The notes under the pieces were generated by a model. The model saw only the letters and a program-made list of their open reading frames with translations, did no database searches and was not told the origin of the DNA. Position numbers and translations under genes: made by a program. A stretch of 64,000 nucleotides of DNA from Nitrosopumilaceae archaeon (GTDB lineage Archaea; Thermoproteota; Nitrososphaeria; Nitrososphaerales; Nitrosopumilaceae): positions 1,024,001-1,088,000 of the forward strand of contig OZ242376.1 in the NCBI GenBank assembly GCA_965209085.1, in the 5' to 3' direction. The number at the start of each line of letters is the position of its first letter. Position 1 is the first letter of the stretch. Shown in pieces: positions 36,787-47,248 of this stretch.

Positions 36787-37068
36787 ATATTTAAATTCTC
36801 ATTTTGAATCAACATCTTTTACTTATCATCTCGCCCCATTATTATGCCCGCCTTATCAGCTGGCATTTTATCGCCAATACCCTGGACCATAAACTAGAAT
36901 TTTTACAAATCTCCAAAATTATGAGATTATCCAGGATAGATTCCCATAGATATTTGCCAAGAAATTGAACATGAATACGACATATTGTACATATTTTGTA
37001 CATGCCATTTTTTTTATCAAGTATATGATGACGGTTTTCTTATATCATGGTATGTGAGGGTTTATTCT

Positions 37069-37677
37069 GTGATAATCTGCGGTGTGGATGAGGCAGGTAG
37101 GGGTCCGATGTTTGGTCCGCTAGTCGTTGCAGGAGTTGCAATAGAGCGCTCAAAGTTGGGCAAGCTTCGCAATCTTGGTCTGAGGGATTCAAAGAAACTA
37201 AGTCCCAAAAGGAGAGAAGAGCTATATTCGGTCATAACAAAGGTGGCCGATGCGTACACCATATCAAGAATACAGCCGCACACCATAGATAAGAGCGTCT
37301 TTAAACACAAGCTGAACGAGCTGGAGGCAAAATTAATGGGCCGCATAATAGATAGACTGTCTGCAGATATTGCATACGTTGACGCATGCGATGTGAATGC
37401 TGCAAGATTTGGCAGAAACGTTGCAAAAATATCCAAAGGTGCGATTGTGCGCTCATATCATAAAGCTGACGACAGATTTGCCATTGTTTCAGCTGCGTCC
37501 ATAATTGCCAAAGTGGCAAGAGACAGGGCGGTTTTGAAACTTGGCATAGATGGAAGCGGTTATCCTTCAGACCCAAAGAGCAAGAGGTATCTTGTACGGT
37601 ACGTCAAAAAATACCACAAAGCCCCATCGTGTGCGCGCCAAAGTTGGAAGCCGGTAAAGATTGCGTTAAAGATCTAA
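37069..37677 (+). CDS. rnhB: Ribonuclease HII
   Basis: ICGVDEAGRGP, LRDSKKL, HKAD, VSAASIIAKV, GSGYPSDP; GTG start inferred. Confidence 0.93.
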   Translation: MIICGVDEAGRGPMFGPLVVAGVAIERSKLGKLRNLGLRDSKKLSPKRREELYSVITKVADAYTISRIQPHTIDKSVFKHKLNELEAKLMGRIIDRLSADIAYVDACDVNAARFGRNVAKISKGAIVRSYHKADDRFAIVSAASIIAKVARDRAVLKLGIDGSGYPSDPKSKRYLVRYVKKYHKAPSCARQSWKPVKIALKI

Positions 37678-38378
37678 TGCGCTACAATCATCGCATGATC
37701 TTTGTCGTACGGCAAGAGATCAATTACTTCCAACACGTCCATTTTGCGGGCGATTTTTTCTTTTTCTTCCTTTACCACCTGACTAGGTGTCTTTACAACG
37801 TCTATACTCCTAGTTTTTATCACCAAAAACAGCACTCCCCCCTCCTTTAGATATATTTGACAGTTTTCAAGGACAATCTGCGTCTGATCAGGCTGCGCAA
37901 TGTCAGCGTATACGACATCCACTTTGCCGTATACTGCAGAATATTCCCTAGGGCGCCTTGCATCCTGCAATACTGGAACTATGTTTTTACGGTATGATGC
38001 AACCCTGTCCAAAAAATCACGTGCCACGCGGCTTGCATGCTCTACGCAAAACATCATCCCCTGGGGTCCAACTATGTCCGAGATGTGGCTTGCGGTGGTT
38101 CCAGAAGAGACGCCAAGGTATAGAACCGAGGAGCCGTTTGTAAATGGAAATGTTTCAAGACCGTTTTTAATTGATGCTGCAAGTTTGCTGCGAAATGGAT
38201 CCCATGTACGATATTCAACGCCTTTTTTCTCCACAAGCCGCTCTTTGTATACGGTATTTCCAGGTACGAGGTTTTCTGTTGCAAGATTCATTCGACCGTC
38301 GGAACGCACAAGGTATGTGCCTTTGTGCCTACCTTCTACTAAAGCGCTTCCGCGATTTTGCTCCACGTTTTTTGTCAT
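37674..38378 (-). CDS. flpA: Fibrillarin (box C/D rRNA/tRNA 2'-O-methyltransferase)
   Basis: EYRTWDPFRSKLAA, VLYLGVSSGTTASHISD, DIAQPDQ, PYDKDH. Start is ATG 38378 or GTG 38366. Confidence 0.92.
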   Translation of the reverse strand: MTKNVEQNRGSALVEGRHKGTYLVRSDGRMNLATENLVPGNTVYKERLVEKKGVEYRTWDPFRSKLAASIKNGLETFPFTNGSSVLYLGVSSGTTASHISDIVGPQGMMFCVEHASRVARDFLDRVASYRKNIVPVLQDARRPREYSAVYGKVDVVYADIAQPDQTQIVLENCQIYLKEGGVLFLVIKTRSIDVVKTPSQVVKEEKEKIARKMDVLEVIDLLPYDKDHAMIVAH

Positions 38379-40509
38379 CCCCACTAGATCTGCCACCTCT
38401 ACGACCCTGACCTCCGGCACTACCGCCAGATCTGCTCCTATCCCCGTATCCTGTACTGCGGCGTTCGCTACTACGTCCTTCGCGCCAGCCTGAATTAGAA
38501 TCACCATCATTTTGCGTTCTTTTGTATCCACCGCCACGATAGCCATCATGAGTCTCATTTGTATCGCGTCTGCCTCTAAAACCGCCCCGGTCATCATCCC
38601 TGCCGTATCCGCCAGAATCACTATCGCTACGCTTTTTGAATTTATCAAATCCGCCCCGATCATCATTTCGGCGGAATCCTCCCGAATCACGATCGTCGCG
38701 CTTTTTGAATTTATCAAATCCGCCCCGATCATCATCTCGGCGGAATCCTCCTCGGTCATCATTTCGGCGGAATCCTCCCGAATCACGATCGTCGCGCTTT
38801 TTGAATTTATCAAATCCGCCCCGATCATCATCTCGGCGGAATCCTCCTCGGTCATCATTTCGGCGGAATCCTCCTCGGTCATCATCCTTACGGAATCCTC
38901 CCTGGTCATCATTTCGGCGGAATCCTCCCGAATCACGATCGCCGCGCTTTTTGAATTTATCAAATCCGCCCCGATCATCATTTCGGCGGAATCCTCCTCG
39001 GTCATCATCCTTACGGAATCCTCCCCGGTCATCATTTCGGCGGAATCCTCCTCGGTCATCATCCTTACGGAATCCTCCCCGGTCATCATTTCTGCGGAAT
39101 CCTCCCGAATCACGATCGCCGCGCTTTTTGAATTTATCAAAACCGCCTCGGTCATCATTTCGGCGGAATCCTCCTCGGTCATCATCCTTACGGAATCCTC
39201 CCGAATCACGATCGCCGCGCTTTTTGAATTTATCAAATCCGCCCCGGTCATCATCTCGGCCGGATCCTCCATCTTTATTTCCAAAACTTTCACGTGTTTT
39301 ATTTTCCCGATCTGGTTTGAAATTGTCTTTTTTTGCACCCCGTTCCTTAAATCCGCTGCCGCGTTCACTGTTTGTCGTATCCGATTTGGGTTCTGGCGGT
39401 TCGTCATATTTTGTGCTAATTTCAGTTATGCGTATATTTAGTTTCTCCATGAGCGTATTGTTTATGCCGTTGCCGTATACGTCCACGCGTGCGGCTATGA
39501 CAGCTTTTGCCGCCACTGCTCGCGCAATTTTACCCCTCTGCCATCGCGGAGCTGCATGAACTAGTGCGTGCTGGAACAACAGTCCGTGTTTTGGAGGTGG
39601 CGCTCCGGTTTTTAACGAACGAAATAGTGCCCGTTCTGCTCCAATCACCTGTATTGTACTAGCAGGTAAGGATGAGAGTTTTTTTAGACTTCCGGTTCTA
39701 GCAAGTATGCGGGCTGCCACACCAGTTCCAAGTATGATGGCAAGATTTGGAGCCACATTGTTCATTTCTTTTTCAAGATGATTTTCCAAGTTTTTTCTCA
39801 GATCAAGCATATCCAACATTCTTTGTGCAAGAGACTTTACTATTGCAAGATTTTCATCGGATATTTCCCCTCCGCGGCTTTTTTCCTGCACCACGTTGAG
39901 CATGTTTACCTTGGATTCGGGAAATCCAGCTTCGGTAAATGTAGCCTCGTTTAGATCTTCTCTTCGCCCAGATGCTGCTATTTTCGAATATCCTGCAATG
40001 CCGTCTATTATGTTATCTAGTTCCGGAAAGTGCAGACCGTACCATTCACGCAGTCTTGAACTTAGTGCATTGCACACTTTGTCCACCTCATCCAGTGTGT
40101 TTATCGACTGTATTACGTGCAGATCAGGACTGCTTGAAACCTCGGTAACTTTTGATGATGAAAGTGACATTGCAAAGTTGCGCAGTTTTTCAAGAGCGTC
40201 TTTTTCATCGGATGCAAATCCAGATTCTACCAGTATTTTTGGTTTTTCCATCTGTATTTTTTTCATATAATCCTCGTCTGCCATCCGCACGTCTATGGAT
40301 TCATTTTTTAGCATCATCATGAGTGATTCATCAGTTATCAAAAATCCAGTCTGCTCTTTTGCCAAATGATCTACCAAATCAGACGGGAGTGATTTTTTCT
40401 GTTTTATTGCAACGTATTCTGCCGCAGGGTCTGCAAACGGTATGGTATGTAATTTTACATCATCCTTGTATACGACTATTCCAAGCTCTGTGAGTACGAC
40501 TGTATGCAT
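38329..40509 (-). CDS. nop5: Nop5 (Nop56/58) box C/D RNP protein with an approximately 350-aa RGG-rich tail
   Basis: RLREWYGLHFPEL, APNL, LPASTIQVIGAERALF, PPKHGLLF, RGKIARAVAAK; directly upstream of fibrillarin. Confidence 0.92.
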   Translation of the reverse strand: MHTVVLTELGIVVYKDDVKLHTIPFADPAAEYVAIKQKKSLPSDLVDHLAKEQTGFLITDESLMMMLKNESIDVRMADEDYMKKIQMEKPKILVESGFASDEKDALEKLRNFAMSLSSSKVTEVSSSPDLHVIQSINTLDEVDKVCNALSSRLREWYGLHFPELDNIIDGIAGYSKIAASGRREDLNEATFTEAGFPESKVNMLNVVQEKSRGGEISDENLAIVKSLAQRMLDMLDLRKNLENHLEKEMNNVAPNLAIILGTGVAARILARTGSLKKLSSLPASTIQVIGAERALFRSLKTGAPPPKHGLLFQHALVHAAPRWQRGKIARAVAAKAVIAARVDVYGNGINNTLMEKLNIRITEISTKYDEPPEPKSDTTNSERGSGFKERGAKKDNFKPDRENKTRESFGNKDGGSGRDDDRGGFDKFKKRGDRDSGGFRKDDDRGGFRRNDDRGGFDKFKKRGDRDSGGFRRNDDRGGFRKDDDRGGFRRNDDRGGFRKDDDRGGFRRNDDRGGFDKFKKRGDRDSGGFRRNDDQGGFRKDDDRGGFRRNDDRGGFRRDDDRGGFDKFKKRDDRDSGGFRRNDDRGGFRRDDDRGGFDKFKKRDDRDSGGFRRNDDRGGFDKFKKRSDSDSGGYGRDDDRGGFRGRRDTNETHDGYRGGGYKRTQNDGDSNSGWREGRSSERRSTGYGDRSRSGGSAGGQGRRGGRSSGDDKKRGAKSRKRFSRR
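38580..39270 (-). repeat. Coding tandem repeat array (DDRGGFRR/RK units interspersed with DDRGGFDKFKKRGDRDSGGF)
   Basis: Repeated GGAATCCTCCTCGGTCATCA and GCTTTTTGAATTTATCAAATCCGCCCC blocks. Confidence 0.93.
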
Positions 40510-40695
40510 GATGCCCCTCTGCCATGTGGCATTAAATACGTAGTTAGAGATACTCTAGTACACCATGCTAAAAGATTGAATTTATTCCAATTTACGGCAC
40601 AGGCGTCAGAGCCGCAACTTTTGTGGATAAACGTATCCTGTTACACGTGCTTTATGCCAAACTGTTAATATGCCAAAACCTGCAAATTGATACGA

Positions 40696-41601
40696 ATGCC
40701 CAGCCTTGCTACAAACTTTGGCAGCATCAGCCTTGAAAAACCAACAATGCTAGCTTCGGGAATTTTAGGCATATCCGTTGAAATATTCAAACGTATCTTC
40801 GAATCAGGCGCCGGCGCGGTGGTTTCAAAATCACTGAGTACAAAACCGTGGCAGGGATACCACAATCCAACATTTGTAGGACTTGGAAACGGCGGCTGGA
40901 TAAACGCAATAGGTCTCTCAAATCCAGGGGCTGCAGAATTTGCAGAAATTATCAAGGACAATAAAGTGCCAATTATAATCAGCATGGTTGGATCTGATCC
41001 GTCGGATTTTACAGAGATGGTTAAAAAATTTCACGGGATGAATGTTACAGCGTACGAGCTAAATCTCTCCTGCCCGCATGTGGCAAAGGTGGGATTGGAG
41101 GTTGGAGATGATCCGGAACTTGTATCAAAGATTACCGCGGCTGCAAAGTCTGCATCTAGCGTGCCGGTGATAGCAAAGGTGGGTCTTGGAACTACAAACT
41201 ATCTCTCAACTGCAGAAGCTGCCATTGGTGCCGGAGCTGATGCAATAACGGCAATAAACACACTTCGTGCAATGGCAATAGATGTAGAATCCAAAAAACC
41301 CGTGTTAAGCAATGTGTTTGGGGGATTATCAGGTGCGCCGATAAAACCTGTTGCCGTCAGATGCGTGCATGAGATATCTGAAAAATTTGATATTCCGGTA
41401 ATAGGATGCGGTGGCATTGCATCATGGGAGGATGCTGCAGAGTTCATTCTAGCAGGCGCCTCAGCTGTGCAGATAGGCAGCGCCATAGGAGAGTATGGAA
41501 TAAGCATCTTTGGAGAAATAAACGACGGACTTGGAAAATATATGGATAGGAAAGGATTTGGATCCATTGCAGACATGGTGGGACAAGTTGAGAAATCCTA
41601 A
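40696..41601 (+). CDS. pyrD: Dihydroorotate dehydrogenase B, catalytic subunit
   Basis: LASG, INAIGLSNPG, ELNLSCPH, INT, GGLSG, IGCGGI. Confidence 0.93.
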   Translation: MPSLATNFGSISLEKPTMLASGILGISVEIFKRIFESGAGAVVSKSLSTKPWQGYHNPTFVGLGNGGWINAIGLSNPGAAEFAEIIKDNKVPIIISMVGSDPSDFTEMVKKFHGMNVTAYELNLSCPHVAKVGLEVGDDPELVSKITAAAKSASSVPVIAKVGLGTTNYLSTAEAAIGAGADAITAINTLRAMAIDVESKKPVLSNVFGGLSGAPIKPVAVRCVHEISEKFDIPVIGCGGIASWEDAAEFILAGASAVQIGSAIGEYGISIFGEINDGLGKYMDRKGFGSIADMVGQVEKS

Positions 41602-42394
41602 CATTCACAGACTCTTAAAGGTGGAACGCGTGGTGGATGAAACGCCGACTGTTAGAACTTTGATAGTCTCCGATGAGATACTGTATGATGCTCATCCTGG
41701 ACAATTTTGCATGGTATGGGTTCCTGGAGTTGCAGAGTTGCCAATGAGTATAATGGTGATGCAAAAAAGACCATATGCTGCATTTACTGTAAGAAAACAC
41801 GGACCGGCATCAACTGCCCTGTACAACATGCAGGCCGGAGACAGTATAGGGTATAGGGGACCGTATGGAAACAGTTTTGATTTGCGCAGCGGCCGCATCA
41901 TGCTAGTGGGAGGCGGCACGGGACTTGTTCCCCTTATGCGGCTCATCACACGACTTGGAGCAGATGATGAGGTAACGCTCATCATGGGATCAAAGAGAAA
42001 AGACGAAGTGTTGTTTGAGAAAACCGCAAAGATGATTGCGGAAAATCGCAGATGTGAAATCATAACCGTTACCGAAGATGGTAGTTACGGCTCAAAAGGA
42101 CTTGTCACAGACATGGTAAAGGTACAAATCAATTCCAAATACGATGCATTGTACACGTGCGGGCCGGAAATGATGATGTACAATACTGTAAAAATTGCCC
42201 ACGATGCCAAAGTGTTTGCGCAGGCAAGCATCGAGAGGGCGATGAAATGCGGCATGGGAATATGTGGAAGCTGCTGCATGTCTGATGCAATTGTCTGCAG
42301 CGATGGCACAGTATTTGATGCTCAGAGACTTCTTGCAAATGCAGACTTTGGGCATGTGCACCGCGACAAGTCTGGAATTTCAATCAAATACTAG
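41588..42394 (+). CDS. pyrK: Dihydroorotate dehydrogenase electron-transfer subunit
   Basis: PGQF, RGPYGN, VGGGTG, CGPE, MKCGMGICGSC...VCSDG. Confidence 0.92.
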   Translation: MRNPNIHRLLKVERVVDETPTVRTLIVSDEILYDAHPGQFCMVWVPGVAELPMSIMVMQKRPYAAFTVRKHGPASTALYNMQAGDSIGYRGPYGNSFDLRSGRIMLVGGGTGLVPLMRLITRLGADDEVTLIMGSKRKDEVLFEKTAKMIAENRRCEIITVTEDGSYGSKGLVTDMVKVQINSKYDALYTCGPEMMMYNTVKIAHDAKVFAQASIERAMKCGMGICGSCCMSDAIVCSDGTVFDAQRLLANADFGHVHRDKSGISIKY

Positions 42395-42673
42395 CGCGCA
42401 TATTTGGCATCAGATTTTGCACCATATGCAAGATGAGGTTCTCCGCCAGCATGGTGGAATTGTGCAGACTGCAAATGTACACATATTGTCTGTTTCAAAA
42501 ATTGCACCGATACTAGTATAGCGGCACGCCAATGTTCATGAACGTCCAACCATCTCTGTACTATTGGATTGAGACTATTTTTAGCTCACGAACTTTTGCG
42601 TGTGTCCATATGCGCGTATTTGCCATAATAGTCACACAAGATTTAAAACAAATGCGCCTGAGAGCGTGCTCGT

Positions 42674-44401
42674 ATGCCAACTCCAAAGATAGTTCTAACA
42701 GCAGATAGGACATTAATGTCCCCGTACCGCAAACTCTCGCTTGCCACATTCTTTGGCTGTGCGCCAGCTCTTGACCCCCACCGCGATCCGAAGAGTTTTT
42801 GGTATAAAATTCTTGGAAGACAGGTTACTCCGAAAATACTCTTTGATTTCATCTGCAATTACATACCCCATACAAACGGTGTTGCCGATTATGCCCCATA
42901 CGGTCTCCGCAAAGTTGAGGCAGGTTTGTTGCGTGACGGTTTCAAACGCGATGAAGTGGTTGTTGCACATCCGGATCATATTGAACAATTCATAGGTCCT
43001 GGTACCGAAGTTGTCGGTACGTATGAAATGGATCCGCTTGGAATGGGTCCTGTAACAATGACGTTCACATATGGCCGTAAACAAATGTCGTATGATGAAT
43101 TTTACAACAGGGAAATGCACCAAAGAATAAACGCCGCAAAAGAAAAAACCGGCAGCCATGCAAAAGTAATTGCAGGAGCTTCTGGTACATGGCAGTACAA
43201 TTATGATCCAGCAAAGATAGAAGAATACGGCCTGTACGCCATATTAGAGGGCGAGCTTGGCGGAATAGCCCCCGAGATAGACGGACATGCTGGCAGATTT
43301 TTCAGATATTTGATAAACGGGGATTTTGACAACATGGATCCGTTTAGAAAACGCAAAGATTTCAAGGTGGACATTAAAGAATTCAAGAGGGGGGATAAAA
43401 CTCACCACGGAAGATTTGTCAATTTTTGGGACAGACCAGACCTTGACGATATACCAAACATCGTAGAGCCTAGCATGCACGGAATGGTGGAAGTTATGAG
43501 AGGCTGCGGACGCGGCTGTAAGTTTTGTGACGTGACTTTGCGTTCTTTGAGGTATTATTCTCCAGAAAAAGTCAAAGAAGAGATAGAAGTCAATATCAAA
43601 AAAGGCGGTTCAAAGTCAGCATGGATACAAAGTGATGATATATTCGTGTACGGAATGAATCCACGTACGGCTAAAAACATGGAGCCAAACAGGGAAGCGA
43701 TGGAGGATTTGTTCAAAGCCATAATGTCAACAGGCGTTGAACATACAAACCCCACGCACGGGACACTTGCAGGTGCCATTGCAGACGAGAGACTGCTTCC
43801 AAACATATCCAAGATAATTCGTTCAGGTCCGGACAATCTCACGGGTATACAGTGCGGTCTTGAGACAGGAAGTATCAGATTGATTGAAAAGTATGCAGAC
43901 CGCAAGCTTGCGCCATACAAGCCATCCGAATGGCACTGGGTGATAAAGGAAGGCGTGAAAACATTAAACGAGAATTACTGGATTCCGGCATTTACGTTAA
44001 TTATGGGTCTTGACAACGACGAGACTCCTGAGGATTCATGGGAAACCATACGGGTATTGACAGAATTGGAAAGGGAGCAGCCTGATTCAATGTTTACCGT
44101 AACTCCCCTCACTTTCGTTCCAATAGGTCTGCTTGAAAAATCAGACTTTTTCAACATTGGAAGCGAGATGGATCCCGCACAGCTTGGAGTTATGTACAAG
44201 ACATGGCAGCACAATTTCAAATACGGAATAAAGAAATTCATGACAAAGACTGGAGGCAATAACGGACCAAAAAAATTCTTTTTCAACGCTCTTGCGCGCA
44301 CTCTTGGCGGCGTACCCCTTGGAGCAATGGAGAAATACGCCAGAAGAAAGGGCGGAGAGCACGAGTTGACCATAGAAAAGATCAAGGCCAATTACTGGTA
44401 A
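42674..44401 (+). CDS. Radical SAM protein with probable B12-binding-type N-terminal domain
   Basis: EVMRGCGRGCKFC (CxxxCxxC), APYGLRKVEA, GLETGS. Confidence 0.85.
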   Translation: MPTPKIVLTADRTLMSPYRKLSLATFFGCAPALDPHRDPKSFWYKILGRQVTPKILFDFICNYIPHTNGVADYAPYGLRKVEAGLLRDGFKRDEVVVAHPDHIEQFIGPGTEVVGTYEMDPLGMGPVTMTFTYGRKQMSYDEFYNREMHQRINAAKEKTGSHAKVIAGASGTWQYNYDPAKIEEYGLYAILEGELGGIAPEIDGHAGRFFRYLINGDFDNMDPFRKRKDFKVDIKEFKRGDKTHHGRFVNFWDRPDLDDIPNIVEPSMHGMVEVMRGCGRGCKFCDVTLRSLRYYSPEKVKEEIEVNIKKGGSKSAWIQSDDIFVYGMNPRTAKNMEPNREAMEDLFKAIMSTGVEHTNPTHGTLAGAIADERLLPNISKIIRSGPDNLTGIQCGLETGSIRLIEKYADRKLAPYKPSEWHWVIKEGVKTLNENYWIPAFTLIMGLDNDETPEDSWETIRVLTELEREQPDSMFTVTPLTFVPIGLLEKSDFFNIGSEMDPAQLGVMYKTWQHNFKYGIKKFMTKTGGNNGPKKFFFNALARTLGGVPLGAMEKYARRKGGEHELTIEKIKANYW

Positions 44402-44725
44402 TCTCTGAATTCAAATGCGCGTTTTACAGATAGAGGATTACATCAAAAATATCAAATATTTCAAAAAACACATTTTACAGCAGACATTCTAAGCGGCCAC
44501 TCCAGGATACAATTTCACACAAATATTCCAACATCCGCGTACAGTATCCGCGAGGCTGATTGCAGTTTTGTGCTAGCATGCTGCAAATGTCAACAGATTG
44601 TGCATCCCAAAACAGGAGTTTGATCGTATGAAGTCAGATATTAAACGATACAGAGCACCTCTTCAAAGACGTTTTTACTCTGCATTTTCCACGTTAAACG
44701 CACGTTAGATAGTTTGGCATTCTTC

Positions 44726-45200
44726 TCATGTATTCAGATCCTCTGATCGGTCAGCTTGTCTTACTGCAAACCACGACATCCAGTAATGCACGCCGTGTAC
44801 GTCGATCATATGTCTGATCTCTGTTGCAACTGCTGGCGTGTAATCGATAATGTCACGCGTTTTTGTATACGAGTATTCCAGGATACTGCCACAGCTGCAT
44901 TTGGTATTTTTCATGGTATGCTTTACAGTACTGGTTGGATTGTGTTTGTGTGATACTCCCTTGTAACCTGGACTGCCGCCGGGTTTTTTTGATGGCAGTA
45001 ATTTTCCATTTTCTCTTGCCTTGCGTTTTTCTTACATGTATTCAAGTGAACGTGAAGAGGTTGGTGTGTTGGAATTTTCATAATATACGAGTCAAGTTTT
45101 GAGGATTTTAATTTCCCTATCCTTTGCGTCCAATCTATGCGTAAATTCTGTCATTTGTTTATTCATCTTTTCAACAAAAACTCTCAGTCTTCCAATTCAT
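44726..45200 (-). pseudogene. IS66-family transposase N-terminal remnant
   Basis: Manual reading: coiled-coil segment, YENSNTPTSS, KKPGGSPGYKGVSH, then KCSCG zinc-ribbon start; broken by stops and frameshifts. Boundaries approximate. Confidence 0.6.
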
Positions 45201-45327
45201 GACATGTGGGACATTGATTGCTCGTGAAATGGATTATTTATTGATGGTATTTGGATCTAAATGATCGTATGTTATTGACTAATTTGTTAGGCATGAGCTG
45301 ACCTCATACATCCATCAGGATCGTAAA

Positions 45328-45335
45328 TATATAAA
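45328..45335 (+). promoter_or_regulatory. TATA box of a probably leaderless rps30e transcript
   Basis: TATATAAA about 30 nt before ATG 45360. Confidence 0.55.
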
Positions 45336-45359
45336 TGCGACATTACATGTGTACAATAC

Positions 45360-45542
45360 ATGGCAACTCACGGTTCGCTGACAAAGGCCGGCAAGGTCAG
45401 AAGTCAGACTCCAAAAGTGGAAGGAAGAAAAAAAATCGGCACAAATTCCAGCGTCAGAAACAAGAATAACTACAAAAAACGCATAGTTTTAAGCAGATTC
45501 CCGGGGCAAAACAAACCTGGTCAGAGAAGACGCAGACGTTAG
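45360..45542 (+). CDS. rps30e: 30S ribosomal protein S30e
   Basis: HGSLTKAGKVRSQTPKV. Confidence 0.95.
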   Translation: MATHGSLTKAGKVRSQTPKVEGRKKIGTNSSVRNKNNYKKRIVLSRFPGQNKPGQRRRRR

Positions 45543-45573
45543 AGAATTGTTTTAATACATTTTCAATGGTTCG

Positions 45574-46149
45574 TTGTACATGGTAAAGAATATAATTGAA
45601 AAGGATGCAATAGCAAGAATCGAGGCTGCTCTGTATTCTTCAGGAAGACCGCTGAAAATTGACGAGATTATCCGAGCTTCTGGGACAGAGTCACGGATCA
45701 AAACAAAACAGATGCTTGATGATCTTGTAAAAAGGACAAAATCATCATTCAAGGCAATAGAGATAGCCGTGTTGCCTGACGGATCTTATGTTTTTCAGTT
45801 AAAGCCAGAATACAGCAGTTCTGTCAGAAGATACGCCTCAAAACCCATTTTGCCAAAAGCCACGTTAAAGACACTCTCATACATTGCATATACGCAACCT
45901 GTATCATCCAAAAATTTGGTCGATACTCGTGGTAATGGCGTGTACAGTCATTTAAAGGAGCTCCGGCAGCTTGATTTCATATCACATCAGAATGTGGGCC
46001 GACTCAAGATATACACCACCACTGAAAAATTTCAAAAATATTTTGGAATACAAGGAGATCAGGATACGTTAAAAGCAAAGCTCTTCAAACAGGTAAGAAA
46101 AACATCCAAAGGTACAGACGTGCCTCCAAAAGAAGAAACATCCGCATAA
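45574..46149 (+). CDS. scpB: SMC-Scp complex subunit ScpB
   Basis: IEAALYSSGRPL, TLSYIAYTQPV, RG, YTTTEKFQKYFG. Confidence 0.88.
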   Translation: MYMVKNIIEKDAIARIEAALYSSGRPLKIDEIIRASGTESRIKTKQMLDDLVKRTKSSFKAIEIAVLPDGSYVFQLKPEYSSSVRRYASKPILPKATLKTLSYIAYTQPVSSKNLVDTRGNGVYSHLKELRQLDFISHQNVGRLKIYTTTEKFQKYFGIQGDQDTLKAKLFKQVRKTSKGTDVPPKEETSA

Positions 46150-46241
46150 AATTTCAAAAAATGTTTATGATGCATGAATTATGCACGATTACTGGTTCAG
46201 TATTGCTTTATCTATAAATAACACCAGTATTGGATATAATT

Positions 46242-46622
46242 GTGAAAAAATGCGTTGAAAATCTTGCAACAAGCAAGCTGACCGGAGGGCGAAGACATCC
46301 ACTTCGTACCCGAAGAAAATACGAGATTGACAGATATCCAAACGAGCCAATACAAGGAGCTCAGGAATCTGTTGCAAGAAAAGTCAGAGGCAAGGCACAA
46401 AAGACGGCGCTGAGAACCGCAGATTTTGTAAACCTTGCATCCGCAGGTAATAAAGTCACAAAGGTAAAAATAACCAAAGTGCTTGAAAACCCGACAAATA
46501 ATGATTATCAAAGAAGGGGTGTTATTACAAAAGGCGCACTGCTAGAAACCAGCAGTGGAAAATGCAGGGTTGTTTCAAGACCCGGTCAGCACGGCGCAGT
46601 AAATGCCATACTAGTAGAGTGA
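46242..46622 (+). CDS. rps8e: 30S ribosomal protein S8e
   Basis: KLTGGRR, RRGVITKGA, VVSRPGQHGAVNA; GTG start inferred. Confidence 0.93.
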   Translation: MKKCVENLATSKLTGGRRHPLRTRRKYEIDRYPNEPIQGAQESVARKVRGKAQKTALRTADFVNLASAGNKVTKVKITKVLENPTNNDYQRRGVITKGALLETSSGKCRVVSRPGQHGAVNAILVE

Positions 46623-46628
46623 GTTTTC

Positions 46629-46937
46629 ATGAAAGACTACGAACATGTCGTAGTATGGCTAGATTATTTCAACAAGATACTTTCTAGAAATGCCGGCAGA
46701 CGCCTTGTGAGGGAAAATTGCGTCAACGACCCATCATTCAAGGAGCTTTCTGATGCTGCCACGGCGGCAGGTTTTGAGATAACAGATTCAAATGAAAAGG
46801 CACGGTATCCAAGAAGGCCCTACGTAAGATCAGGATATATTTCAGTTCCAAAAAAATCAAAAAAAATGGACATACTTGTGAAAATAGGCAAAAAGATGGC
46901 CGGAAGTAAAGCTAGACGGAAAGCGATCAAAAACTAG
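46629..46937 (+). CDS. srp19: Signal recognition particle protein SRP19
   Basis: VVWLDYFNKILSRNAGRR, ARYPR; follows rps8e. Confidence 0.88.
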   Translation: MKDYEHVVVWLDYFNKILSRNAGRRLVRENCVNDPSFKELSDAATAAGFEITDSNEKARYPRRPYVRSGYISVPKKSKKMDILVKIGKKMAGSKARRKAIKN

Positions 46938-46999
46938 CTATATGATAAAGTAATCCCAACCAAAGATTATTGATACTAGCACATTATACCATATGTCAC

Positions 47000-47248
47000 T
47001 TGCAGGAGATAGGAAAAATCGTACACTTGGCTCAGAGCGGCAGACTCATTGTAGAACTGTCCGTTGAGTTATCCGAAGGCGACATACTATATGATCAAAG
47101 AAGAAACAAAGTCGCACGGGTTGCAGAACTTATCGGACCCGTTTCAGCTCCGTTTGCCTCGGCAATACCATATGAGAATGTTAGAGGCGGTGCTGGCAGC
47201 AAAATGTACGCAATGCCTTCGCCTGCAGAGGAAAGAAGAGACAAATGA
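47000..47248 (+). CDS. gar1: H/ACA RNP subunit Gar1
   Basis: IGKIVH, KVARVAELIGPVSAPF; directly before tfb. TTG start inferred. Confidence 0.8.
   Translation: MQEIGKIVHLAQSGRLIVELSVELSEGDILYDQRRNKVARVAELIGPVSAPFASAIPYENVRGGAGSKMYAMPSPAEERRDK

Noticed and set aside
36515-36794. ORFs 36515..36778 (-) and 36576..36794 (+)
   Set aside because: They run through the MITE-like element in AT-rich DNA and show no protein motifs.
38580-39270. Possible CRISPR array
   Set aside because: No unique spacers; units are in-frame coding repeats, and no cas genes are present.
38379-39559. 577-aa fibrillarin with MMTEEDSAE repeats, and plus-strand ORFs 38512..39441 and 38636..39559
   Set aside because: Alternative frames of the Nop5 tail repeat; fibrillarin similarity begins only near 38378.
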